A stretch of 51,361 nucleotides of DNA from Girardia tigrina. Lineage: Eukaryota. Each line of letters starts with the position of its first letter. Positions within the stretch are counted from its first letter, which is position 1. The DNA is taken from positions 1 through 51,361 of the forward strand of contig MQRK01227610.1 in the NCBI GenBank assembly GCA_001938485.1. Reading direction: 5' to 3'. Shown piece after piece: positions 12,320-24,517 of this stretch. The position numbers and the translations under genes are program-made. A model generated the notes under the pieces. It ran no database searches. It saw nothing but the letters and a program-made list of their open reading frames with translations, and was not told where the DNA came from.

Positions 12320-12512
12320 CATTATTTTTTAGATTCGGTAAAATACGTTTTAAAGATAAAATTAAAATTGCAATTATTTTTAGATTTAGTACAATACATT
12401 TTAAAAATAAAACCAAAATCGCAATTAGTAAAATACGTTTTAAAGATAAAATTAAAATCGCAATTATTTTTAGATTTAATATAATACGTTTTTAAAAATA
12501 AAATTAAAATCG
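12320..12512. repeat. AT-rich minisatellite (about 4 imperfect units of 38-52 bp)
   Basis: Repeated aaatacgttttaaagataaaattaaaat(c/t)gcaatta; explains the repetitive ORF at 12322-12534. Confidence 0.75.
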
Positions 12513-13582
12513 AAATTTCGGTTTGATTTAACAACTTTTAAATTACCCCTTTTTAGATAAAATAAAATTATATTTTCAATAATAATTACGTTTTTAGTTT
12601 AATTAAACAACTTTTAAATTACCTTCGCACTTCAGTGACAATATACTTTTAAAATAAAAGTTATATTTCTTAAAAAATTGAAAATTATATTTTGATTTAC
12701 AATTTATGAATTAATATCAAAAGTTACCAAATAGTTTTCTAGTTTATTTATTATTTCTCAAAAATTAAATTTTATGTTTCATAAAATTGCAATTCACTTT
12801 ATTAATAAATCTATTTATTGGTTTTATGTTCACATTAAAAATTAATTTTATATAAATTACTTTTTTTCTGCTATTTTATAAAAATCTCATTTTAACCTAA
12901 CCTGTAAATAGAAATGTAAAATATTGAATTATTAAATTGATTAGATTTCAAATTCGAAAATTTTATGAACTCAAAAAAAGCTACTAACAATATGAATTCA
13001 TAAATTTTAAAATTAAAATATAATTATTTTGAGACAAAATAAAAATATAACTCATTAAAAAACGGTTAAATTGAAATAAATGAAAATGTGATTTTAATTT
13101 AATTTTTTGAAAATATAATTTTATCGAAAGCTAAATGTAATTTTTAAAAGTTAAATTAAAATAAATGTAAACGTAAAATAAAATGGAAATTTAATAAAAG
13201 ATGAAAAAAAATCTTTGTGACAAAATTTTAATAAAATACCATTATAATTTTTTAAAGGCGATTATAAAATTCGTAATTAATAAAATAACAATATCGGAAT
13301 TTATATTCATTTTTATTTATAATTGTTTGTGTAAAGAAAAGATAGTGCTTAAGTTATTCAAAAATATTTGTTTGAAGAATTATTAATGTGCTAGAAAATA
13401 AAATTTTGTGTCATGAATCTTGATTTTAATCACGAACCCAATAAATATTGATGATTGAAAAAATATTTACGATTTACGAAGAGTTCGCGATGATATTTTA
13501 TGCAATATGAGGTGTTGTACATCAAAATAGTTTACACACTGTTGTTTTATATCAGGAATGGCAAAACTTTTTTCTATTAAGG

Positions 13583-14190
13583 CAGGGTTTCTTAACCTGT
13601 GGTTCATGGACCCCTTGGGGGTCCATGGATCATATTTTGTGGGTTCGCCGACTGCTCCTAATTTTTAAAATTTCTTTAAAAAAATTTTTTTTGTCAAAAT
13701 TTGAAACACTGAGTACCTTTGATTTTTATTTCACTTGGAATAAAGTGCATTAGAATCAGTTCCGCAAAGTTCTTGCAAATTCTTAAAGCGAAATATTTGT
13801 TCGTAAAGTATTGTATTTACTAGTTTTTTTTCGAGTGCTTTTTTGTATCACAGTTTTTTCTAGTGTTTTTTTTGTGTTGACAATGGTGTTTTCAAGTAAA
13901 GGTGAGTTCAATTAAGTAATTCATTTGTGAACAATTTCAATTTGAATTCTTAATAATTTCTTGATATTTTTTTCTTAATAATTTCTTGATATTTAATTCT
14001 TGATATTTTTGTGGCCCAAAATGTCCAAAAAAAGGAAGTACGATGAAAGTTACGTTAAATATGGATTCTGTTGCATGAAGGAATCGGACGATGTTGAAAA
14101 GCCACAATGCTTTCTGTGTGGAAAAATTTTGCCAAACGCCAGTATGAAACCGGCAAAATTGATAGAGCATCTCAAATCTCTTCAACCTTA
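13583..14190 (+). mobile_element. Nested hAT (Charlie/Buster, ZBED5-like) 5' fragment
   Basis: Terminus cagggtttcttaacct; subterminal hairpin catggacccc-tt-gggggtccatg; BED finger MSKKRKYDESYVKYGF...KPQCFLCGKILPNASMKPAKLIEHL. Confidence 0.85.
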
Positions 14191-15387
14191 ATGATTAAGA
14201 GATGCTTATTTTGTAAAATATAATCTGCGGGCGGCTACGAATAACGCTTTCGCTTTAAGGATTTTAAAATCTTACATAGATATTTTAATAAATCATTAAC
14301 AAAACTTTCAATTTAAAAATATTATTACACATAAAGAAAAAAATAATACTTATAAATTTTTTATTTGGTAAAATGAAATACTAATTATTCTAAAAAACAT
14401 ACACTTTAAATAAGTAAATAAATAAAAATGTTTCATTGGACGAAACCTGACATTGCATAAATAATGAAAGTTTTTCAAATTTGGCTTTTACGAACAATAT
14501 GATTGTTAATGCCATTCTTAAACATGATTCCTAATGTTGATTTGTTAATTGTGATTGATGTTTCGTTTTGATTGCATTCATTAATGAAAATGCTGATTCA
14601 CATAAATATGTTGATCTAAAGAAGGCATTGAAATGTGCGAAAATTTTCAAAATATGTAGATATTTTTCTTTATTTATCAGTTTCCAAAAATTAAAATCTG
14701 AAACAAAAGATTTAAGATTTATGTCACATTTAATATTTATGATTTCTTCCTAGAATGATAAATTTCCAGTACTTAGACAGTTGTTCAGTTTCAAAGCTAC
14801 GCTTTCAACATTGATTTTTTCGTTAAATGGGCATGACAAAACTGGCAATATCTTAAAGTTCACTCTATGTTTGACATTTTCTTTCAAATTCTTTTAGAAG
14901 CAGTAAAATATTATCAGTATATTTATTGAATATTAAATTCTTTTTATTTTTAAATTCATCAGCACAATTATAATAATGCTTTAAATCATAGTGTTTTAAT
15001 TGCATTGCAAGAATATTTAACTTCTCTGTAAATGACTTCAAAATGCTTATCATATCTATTGTTGTTTTACCTTTACTTTGTAGTTGCATATTTAGTTAAT
15101 GTAAATGTTCAGTAATATCGCAGAAAAAAATAAAGATCAAAAAGCCATTCTTGATCATTTAATTTTGGAAATGAATCACCTTTGGTCTGTAAATATGAGC
15201 ATATTTGTGGTAAAAATTCTCTAAATCTCCTTAAAATTTTAGCACGCCTTAACCATTTTACGTCAGTATGAAGTAACAACTCATTGTGTTCATCTTCGCA
15301 TTCTTTCAACAAGGCGCTAAACTAAAGTCGTGAAAAACTTTTTGATCTTATGGAATTTACTATTTTGAATGCAACATTCATGACGTG

Positions 15388-15841
15388 TGTGAGGGATAAT
15401 TGTGAATGTTGTAAGTTTGTTGTTTTTATGCTGTTTAGATTTGTGACTCTCCTACTCAGATGGGATTGGTATGTTATTTGATTAATTATTTGAATCTAAT
15501 GAAATTAATTTAATGATATTAAATTAAAGTACTAATTAATTAAAGTTTGATAATTATGAATTTTAATAATATTTTCAGTAAACGATTTTAACTAAATTTT
15601 AACTAAACATTTTTAAAAATTAATGTTTATTTTAAAAATTACATAACGTATTTTTATCCAATAAAAATTAAGAGAAATTAAAATGTAATATTGATATTTC
15701 CCCATTCATTAATTTTTTTCATATTTAAGTATTTAATCAAAAACTATATTAATCAAAGAAAGATGACCACTGAAAATTGTTGTGAAGAATCTGTGTGTGT
15801 TGTAAATAAATGTTTGCATTCAAATTGTGATGTTGTTAATA
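15388..15841 (+). mobile_element. Solo LTR inserted in the hAT transposase, TG...TA termini, TSD ACGTG
   Basis: tgtgaggg...gatgttgttaata; acgtg at 15383-15387 and 15842-15846; family motif ctcctactcagatgg. Confidence 0.85.
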
Positions 15842-16050
15842 ACGTGATCGAATTTCAATACTTTTGAACACAGCACTTGAGCATGTATAATACAATAATA
15901 ATCCATAAAATCTGGAAAGCTTTTGTTGTTCAAAATTAACCCCGTGTCCTACTTTCAAAACCTTTTCGGTCTACCGTTGACCGCGGTCGACGTGTTAGCC
16001 ACCCCTGTTTTATATCATCAAATTATGCTTTCTATCACTGTAATATTTCT

Positions 16051-16674
16051 TTACTGACACAATCGAGCTAAGGAGATAAACGGAGTAGCTGTCTCACATT
16101 TTCTCGCTATTTTCAATTGAATGTTTAAATCTTCTCTTTCATGTAACAGATTCATGTTTTCTGTTTTATATTCTTTCTTTTTAATTGCCAGTGTGATCAC
16201 GGTGTGGCCCCGGTGCCGGAAATGTGGTGTCCCCGGGACGAGGGGGTGAGGAAACAACAAATTCTCACCATTTAAGCAATCATTTACCAATTCCGTCAAT
16301 AAGGTTTCATGGAATTTTTTGCGTTCACTTAACTTAAGTTGAATAGAAAATTTCTTTCCCAACGGATATTCAATCAATGGATTGGCAATATCATTCAAAA
16401 CGTATATTAAGATCAAATAAAACCCATCGCTAGCCAGGTCATTGCCGATAAGTGCTTGAGAAGGAATATTCTGGAAAGAATCAACAAAATATTGGTAATT
16501 TGTGACATCGTCATTTTGAAATTCGCTTTTAACTTCTTTGGATAAGGCTTTGAGATAATGTATATTTTCATTGTCACACCAAACATTATTGACAAAATAT
16601 TTACATAAATGTCTTCCGAGATCTTTTGAAGAGATTTCAAAATTAATATTGGCTGATGTAAACCCCTGATTCAT
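16051..16674 (-). other. Unassigned 207-aa ORF antisense within a host intron, probably TE- or virus-derived
   Basis: Long ATG-initiated ORF in AT-rich DNA with no motif I recognise; further coding-like segments extend upstream to ~17290. Confidence 0.35.
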
Positions 16675-17876
16675 GTAGGTCTAGCTCGAAGTGTATTTCT
16701 CCACACCGCGAAGAAAACAAAAAAATAACTGTCCGGATACGAGTCGGTAACGAAATCGATATTCATATCCTAACCACTTTTGGGAAAACTTACACCATTC
16801 GCACTGATTTTTGAAAACAGTTTCGCTAACCCAGCACAAACACTTTGGTCTCGAGGATTTATTCGATCTCTTCTATTCAATAATTCAATACCATATGCTT
16901 GGTCCTTCGTTTTTTTGTAAGTATTTCAAATGGATTCGTGTTTATCGATATTTTCGAATTTTATTTGACAAGAAAAAAAATAAACCTCTTTCTTTAATTC
17001 CTTTATTTTTTTACGAACAATAAACTTATAAATAATTTTTGTACAATCCCACAATCATCTTTTCTCTTCAAATAACAATAGTTTCAATCAAAATAAAACT
17101 TATCATCTCTTCGCCAAATATACACATACCTTCCAGATTTTATGGGTTTGGACACGTGCTGGTTCACCCCACATCTTGTAACAATATATTTCTGTCACCG
17201 CTTTCATCAATTCTTTAACACGTTGAAGACCAGAATGCTTCATCGTAATTCTCACATATGGATCGACATTTTTGTTGTGAATTATTAATATCTTTTTAGT
17301 GTTTGAAATTCATTCAAGTTTGAAATTATTTAGGTCCTAGATTCATTTTAGTTAAAGTGCTCACGGGTCCAAAGTCACCCGGTCCAAACATGTAATTTCC
17401 ACTCGTGGAACTATTTTAAAGAAGTTTTTTTTAATTCTAAGTTATTTGTCTCTATTAAATCTATATGATTTAGAATTATTCAATTTTTAAAATTGGTTTT
17501 CCAATTTTTTTTAATTTATAAGCATAAAATATTTATAGAAAATTATATTTATTTTTTTCTTTTAAATATAACAAGGAAATAGTAAATAAGTGTTATACTA
17601 GGGGAATGTTTTGAAAAGATATAATTAATTTTGTCTTATAAGTTCTAAGGATCATTTTCTTGTTGCAGCTTCGTTGGAAAAGAATAATCGAAAGTAATTG
17701 CGATTACATTAATGAAGACAACCCCTTGTTACTGTAAAAGTTTAGTTTAGTTTACTTTAAATTTAATTGGTCAAATTTTTGTATTAATTTCAAATTTATT
17801 AGTATTTTAAAAAAATATTTCGAACTACACAAACAATTTAAATAAAAGATACATAAAAATATCAAATTAATTGTAG

Positions 17877-18100
17877 GAACATCATTCTATACTTTTGAAA
17901 ATTTGAAAAGGTTGACCTTATATTACACTGATAATCATCAACTTGTCAATAAACAGAACCCTTCAAACATGTGCTTAACAGTTTACGGTAATTTAATTTG
18001 TGGCTCAATCGCAGGGTTGGTGGCACAGACAGTGTCGTATCCTCTTGATGTGGTCAGAAGAACTATGCAGCTCAATATCAATAAAGGGCTTTATCATAGA
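17877..18100 (+). CDS. SLC25A16: SLC25A16-like carrier exon
   Basis: ttgtag acceptor; (G)[10 protein letters not shown]...[28 protein letters not shown] carries the third carrier signature; donor at 18101. Confidence 0.92.
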
Positions 18101-18145
18101 GTTAGATCCTTTATTAAATGAAACAATTTTAGTTTTTGTTTACAG

Positions 18146-18310
18146 TCTGATGGTAAAAAACGAACGTGGTTTACTGTGATGAGAAAATTACAGGTAAAAT
18201 ATGGACTTATAAAGGGTCTCTTCCGAGGATTATCCATTAATTATATTCGGGTGGTTCCAGTGGTATCAGTTTCTTTTACTGTTTATGAAACTTTAATAAA
18301 TAAAATATAA
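18146..18310 (+). CDS. SLC25A16: SLC25A16-like carrier terminal exon
   Basis: Follows a 45-nt intron (18101-18145); SDGKKRTWFTVMRKLQVKYGLIKGLFRGLSINYIRVVPVVSVSFTVYETLINKI* matches the recalled SLC25A16 GLYRGLSLNYIR motif; stop TAA at 18308-18310. Confidence 0.92.
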   Translation, partial: SDGKKRTWFTVMRKLQVKYGLIKGLFRGLSINYIRVVPVVSVSFTVYETLINKI

Positions 18311-18921
18311 ATCAAAGCATAATACAAAAGATGTATTATAGGTGATCTTTTCATCTTATGTAAATAAATTTTATTTCGTAAATTAATTTTCGACTGGATC
18401 TGTGATTGTAATCAAACCGAAGTGCCCATCTATTTGTACTGGCAAATCTAAGTAGACTTTGCGTTATGATATTTATGATTTGTTAAATGTTGTAAATTTA
18501 AATATATTTTTTTATATTTTTTATGTATTTTGAGAAAAACATTTTAAAAAACATCAGTATCATGAATCAGGATTTCGAAGACCTGATATATTAGAATATA
18601 TGTTTAAGAGAGCAACTTGTGTCTTTTGTTGTAACAAATGGCGTTACTCATCTCTTTGAAATAGGCGCCAGATCAAGGTCTGTAGAGATTTTAGCTGAAA
18701 ATTTTAAAGCAAAATATACGACTAAATAATTAAAAATCGATTCTACTTCAGCATTAGCTGCTAATGTGCGATATATAATGAAATGATTTTTATTTGGAAA
18801 AGGAGTAATGAATCCTAATTAAATTTTATAAATAAAGATGAATGTTTGTTTGTCTGATCGCTATTTTGTCTATTTTTCATCATAAATTAAGATTTTTTCC
18901 ATTCTTTTTATTACCTCACTT

Positions 18922-18978
<57 letters not shown>

Positions 18979-18982
<4 letters not shown>

Positions 18983-21900
18983 CAATGGAATTCAGAAACC
19001 TATTTTTGAAGGCCTTCTACTCAATCAATTTTCTTCAAACTTTGCACGCTTACTCATTCTCGATGACAATTAATGATTATGTAAAAATTTGATCGAAAAA
19101 ACTTTTTAAGATCCAAAATGGGAAAAACGGTAAATTCGGAGTTCCCGAACAATATTAATTGCAAGATATCTATTTATAAATTATAAGTAGTTTATATTGA
19201 TTTTTATTGTGTTTTTTTAATTAAATTTTTTTAAATTTGAAAAACTGTTGGTAAAGTAGAGTTCTGTCTGCATAAAGAATGAATATAAAAAATTTAATTT
19301 TTTGATTTACTAGTTACTGAAAAAGTTAATATATCACCGGAGATAAACTCCGAGTTATACTTTTGACGAACCATATTGCAGTATTTTCAAATTATTCAAA
19401 AAAATACTTTTTTTAATTTTGGATACTACAAAATAGAATAAAAGATAATTTTTAAGACGATAATCAGAATTTCACTTTTCATTACCACTTACAACGTAAT
19501 ATTCATTCTTCTGTTGGTTTTATGTAATTTATTTTATTTTACCATATTTCTTCTAATAGAGCGATAGTGCTTAATAAGAACGACATGTTCCATGAGACCG
19601 ACATGATGATCACCATTCGAAACAATAGGCCGACATGTCGCTCTATTAGAAGAAATTCGGTATGCTAGGATTTCGCTGAATTCGTATGTGATGATTTTGG
19701 AAAACTCTTAAATTTTTGAATTAAAGATATAAAAACATTTAAATTTAATAATAAATTATAAAAGTAAAAAATATAAATTTATTGTACAATAAGTAAAGAC
19801 GATAAAATGTGGTATAAAGTTGCAATATTAATACTATTTAAAAATAAATGTTTTAGATAAAATTTAACGTAATGAAAATTGTAATTAAATAAATTAAAAA
19901 ACCAAATTAAATTTAAAATAATAAAATTAGTAAATAAAAAAGATTTCAAAAACGAATTAAATATAAGATCTTAAAAATAGTTAAACAGAATTTAATAAAC
20001 TTTAAAAAGTAAATACAATATGAAGAAAACGAAATATCATAATAAATATTAAATTTTAACGAAGTTTAATAAAATGTTTATTAAAATGAAAATACAATAT
20101 TTAAAAAAATATAAAATTAATATATAAAATATTTGAAAATAGTTTATGTTTATAATTTTATAATTATTATTTTTTTTATAATTAAATACAATACAAAATT
20201 TAGAAAATAATAAATTTACATATATTTATATTTACAATTATTTTGGTATTATATGTTTGTGTAAGAAAAATTTAAAATCGTTCCTCAGAAATTTACTTAG
20301 GCAAAACTTGTTTAAATAATATCTATTGTTGTTATTAAATAAAAGTTTCAAAAAATGTCTTTATCTGTGTTAGTGTTGATAAATGTGAAAGTAAAATATT
20401 ACTATTAATAAATTATTAATATTAATTTAAAGAGAATAATTAAATAACAAATACGGAAATATTTTTTTAATACTTTTATTAATTTACAATAAATACAACT
20501 GGATTCACAAATAATAAATTTTATGAAACTTAATTAAAAGCTGTGACTTAAAAAGGAATCACCAATGCTGGTTAATCCTTGATAATGACAGTTGATAATA
20601 TAAATTACTGAGTTTAAAAATATAATAAAGAATTAATGATTTGAAGAATATTGATTTTAATTAAATAATATAAATCATGAAGGAGAACTGTGATCACTTG
20701 AAGAAGCAAGATAATTATCAAATGTAGATGAGGCCTACTTCTTAAATTGACTGTTCTCTGTTCCTGTTCGTTCGGCTTTTCGTCTCTTTCGTCACTTGAT
20801 TTTTCCGTTATATATCTCTGCTAGGGATAGTTCCGTGTCTTGGATTCGTTTATTCGAGAATTAAAATTCGTTCTTGTTAAATCTTAATTGAATATTGAAA
20901 CTTTTATGATTTTTGACGTAATTCCATATTTATTTTATATAATATCTTAAATCCTTTGTGATCGCTTTGTTTATGTTATCGATCACTATTGTTTATCTCA
21001 ATTTATGAAAATTAACTTTGGATCGACCTCTAAATAATAGGGTGACGTAACTTTAAAATTTAAATTTAATTGTACTTTTAAAATTAATTACAATTGACCT
21101 TTTAAATAACCTTCTCTTTTAATTAATTATTCTTTCTTATTCTACTGATTTCTTTCTCCTTCTTTAATAAGTAAATGACTTTCTCTTTTCTTTCTCCTTT
21201 TATACATAATTAGATACAAAAAATAAATATAATAAATTAATTAAATTCACATTTTTCTTTATACATAAAATATATATTTTTTTAACAATACTTATAAATT
21301 ATTTTTCCACATAACCCAACATCTGAAGTATCATCAGAATATATTCCCGAATCTAATATCGTAAATATTTGAATTTTAAATAATGTAACGTTCACAATAT
21401 TTTAAAAATAATTCATTAAAATTTTTGCAATGGTAAACGTGAAAAGAAAAGCACTTTAAAAATAAAATAACTATAATTAAAATAAGTAAAATACAATTTT
21501 ATTTTACTTAATTTGTGTTATTCCTAAATTTTATAAGTTTTAATTTCAGTAAAATATGAAAATTGTAAAAATGTTGTGTCGATTTCTAAAAAATAAAAAA
21601 GTACAAAAATAGCAAGTGTTATTGTAGTCCGGGTTGCTCCGCTCTTTGATCGGGTGCCGGACCACATAATTGTGTTGGGATTTGAACTCTCAAAATAAAA
21701 CGTTGAATTTAAATTTAACTAGTAAATCAAAAAAATAAGATTTTTATATCCATTCTTTATGCAGACAAAACTCTACTTTGCCTACAGTTTTTAAAATTTA
21801 AAAATTTAATGTTTAAAAAATTTTAAATTAAAAAGCACATTAAAAATGAATATAAACTACTTATAATTTATAAATAGATATCTTACAATTAATATTGTTC

Positions 21901-22072
21901 GGGAACTCCGAATTTACCGTTTTTCCCATTTTGCGATCTTAAAAAGTCTTTTTCCATCAAATTTTTACATAATCATTTATTGTCATCGAGAATAAGTGTG
22001 CAAAGTTTGAAGAAAAGGGTAGAAGATTGGGTAGAAGGCCTTCAAAAATAAGTTTCTAAATTCCATGGATAC
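18979..22072. mobile_element. Segment bounded by ~340-bp inverted repeats and flanked by (TA)n; probable non-autonomous DNA transposon
   Basis: 18979-19316 is the imperfect reverse complement of 21716-22072 (e.g. gggaaaaacggtaaattcggagttcccgaacaatattaatt); termini GTATC...GATAC; (TA)n immediately outside both ends. Confidence 0.8.
19542..19660. mobile_element. pogo/Tigger-type MITE with TA TSD
   Basis: TA-ccatatttcttctaatagagcga ... tcgctctattagaagaaattcgg-TA; 23-bp TIRs with two mismatches. Confidence 0.8.
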
Positions 22073-22465
22073 ATATATATATATANNNNNNNNNNNNNNN
22101 NNNNNNNNNNNNNNNNNNNNNNNNNNNNNNNNNNNNNNNNNNNNNNNNNNNNNNNNNNNNNNNNNNNNNNNNNNNNNNNNNNNNNNNNNNNNNNNNNNNN
22201 NNNNNNNNNNNNNNNNNNNNNNNNNNNNNNNNNNNNNNNNNNNNNNNNNNNNNNNNNNNNNNNNNNNNNNNNNNNNNNNNNNNNNNNNNNNNNNNNNNNN
22301 NNNNNNNNNNNNNNNNNNNNNNNNNNNNNNNNNNNNNNNNNNNNNNNNNNNNNNNNNNNNNNNNNNNNNNNNNNNNNNNNNNNNNNNNNNNNATGATGAT
22401 TTTTTTAAAAATCGAAACATGTCCAATAGTTGTATTAAAAAAGCTTTAATCAAATTATATTTTCG

Positions 22466-22511
<46 letters not shown>

Positions 22512-22883
22512 AAAGTAAGTTAATAAAAAGAATGATTGATTCTGTTGAGTCGATGTTCGATTTGAGATGGGAAAATTGGATATTTGTTAAGACTCCATAT
22601 TTTGCGTCGGCTTGCGTTACGAATTATTTGATGTTTGTGCTGATCGAACCAAAATTAATCGCCAATCGATTGACATTTCATCTCAAATTTGTTTTAATAT
22701 CTAATAATTTCATGTTGGACATCTGGTCGGCGTATATTTGTGTTTTGTTTGCAAGATACATTCTTTCGAATACTGACTTTAATGAGTTCTATTTCTACAA
22801 CCACGGAATCTCACATTGTAGCAAGAGGCTATCGAGGGTGACACATTTCTATGAGCCCGAATGCGCCTGACCCCTTTTTTCTG

Positions 22884-24190
22884 CAGGCGCCAGAGGCAGT
22901 TTTCCCGCCAGAACTTTTTCTTTGAAGGGGAACCACTATATGCATGAAGTTTTTTCCACTCTAAATCAGAGCGGATACTGATGATGAAGCAATGTGATAT
23001 TATAGTAATTTATCATAAAGATAAAAAGAAGGGTTTTAAATTGATTAAGAAAGAAATTATTTTCCCATTGGGAAAACTTTGTCATTATGATCACATGAGA
23101 GTTATTGACCAAAAAGTGAATAACCATCAGGAAAGCACAAAAAAATGGAAGCACATCTTTAATATATTTCAACCAAGAAAAACACTAATAAACACCAGGA
23201 TAGAGTAAAAAGACAAGTGTGTCACTTATTCACAATATCCCGTGTATCATAACAAGGGAATAGTAGAATGCGAATTCTTCTTTCCTTTTGTTTGAGCCAT
23301 TTTTGGACAATGTCCCGCTCTTCCTCATCTGTCATCTTTTCTGGACCATTCATCATGACAAGCATCCAAGTTTTCGACGGATATAGGTTGCCTTAAACGT
23401 GTGAGGATCCTATTCATGCCACTGAACGACCTCTCGACACTTGGTGTTCCAAAAAGACACAAAAAAAGTTCCAGCCAAAACTTCTGTTGAATCCACCAAA
23501 GATCGAAGCACATCCGAAGAAGAAGAAATGAAAATCTTTTGTCGAAGAAATGCCAGATGGTTGCGAAATACATTGAACTCCTCTAATGTCTTTTCAGTTA
23601 TGCAAAAAAAGTGTTATGCTTTTTCGATCTGATCCATCACGCAAGTCTTGAATTGCTTTAAATTTTCTGAGGTTCTTCGGACTGTTGTAGAGGAGCCTCC
23701 ACAAGCTGTTTAGAATGGAGAAGATCCTTTTAATTTCTGAATACTTGGCGTTGCATTAACGCACACTAGCTGTAAGGCGTGGCTATTTCAAAGAATATAT
23801 ACCGCCTCTTTGGTGTAATATTTAATCAGCAGAGTCTGCGTGCCATTTTTCTATTAGACATGTGCCTGGCACTATCGAAGGACAGCCACAATACATCTTT
23901 GAGTTGAATATCCATTTTTCCCAACACATCCAAAATGCTGTCGGTAACTGTCACCAATTCAGTATTTTTCAACTCTCTGAGTCCGATGAAAGTCTCCACT
24001 AGAACACCTTAAAGGGTAATAATGCGTATGCAAAATGATAAAACAGTTCGTCATCTCAAATCTGTTGCTTCATCAGCCATAACTGCAATGTGAGAGAGCG
24101 ATCTAATGTGTTTTAGTGTGTGTTTTTAAATGTTCTTTTATGGTTTGCAAAATCTCACCTGGAACGTCATGAGAAAGATAAATAACAGTG
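22884..24190 (-). mobile_element. Decayed hAT transposon (ZMYM1/ZNF862-like transposase)
   Basis: Minus strand YLSHDVPGEIL, IAVMADEATD, ETFIGLREL, SFDSARHMS and the dimerisation domain TPSVERSFSGMNRILTRLRQ; possible CAGG terminus at 22884. Confidence 0.8.
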
Positions 24191-24399
24191 TCTACTATTT
24201 TTTTCAATTTTTAAAATTTAAGGAAGTGTTCAACTTAGCTAAAAATTCTTGGAACTTAATAATTAAATTACATTTATATTTAATATAAGTTAATTGGAAT
24301 TTAAGAATTTTTAATTTGAAATTAAGAAATGTTAATTTGGGTTTCAAAAAATTTAATTGGAAAAACTATGTTTAATTTGAAATTTAAAAAATTTAACTT

Positions 24400-24490
24400 T
24401 ATTAAGAACATTTAAACAAGTCTCGTTTAAATCTTTATTGCAATTACATTTAGAGTCATTAAGACTCTCAGAAGGTCTTTCATCGTTTGC
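24400..24490 (-). mobile_element. LTR 3'-end fragment of the same family as 45325-45812
   Basis: tattaagaacattt...ctctcagaaggtctttcatcgtttg matches 45325-45414; same TA terminus. Confidence 0.7.
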
Positions 24491-24517
24491 CATCTGGTGG
24501 GAACACTGACCAAAGGT

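Larger units (their letters stand above)
13553..16007 (-). mobile_element. hAT transposon (Buster/SPIN, GTF2IRD2-like transposase), internally deleted, 8-bp TSD TTTTATAT
   Basis: Termini caggaatggcaaaac (13553) and gttagccacccctg (16007); ttttatat on both flanks (13545-13552 and 16008-16015); transposase remnants LLLHTDVKWL...WLFDLYF, LNMQLQSK and STYLCESAFSLMN. Confidence 0.9.
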
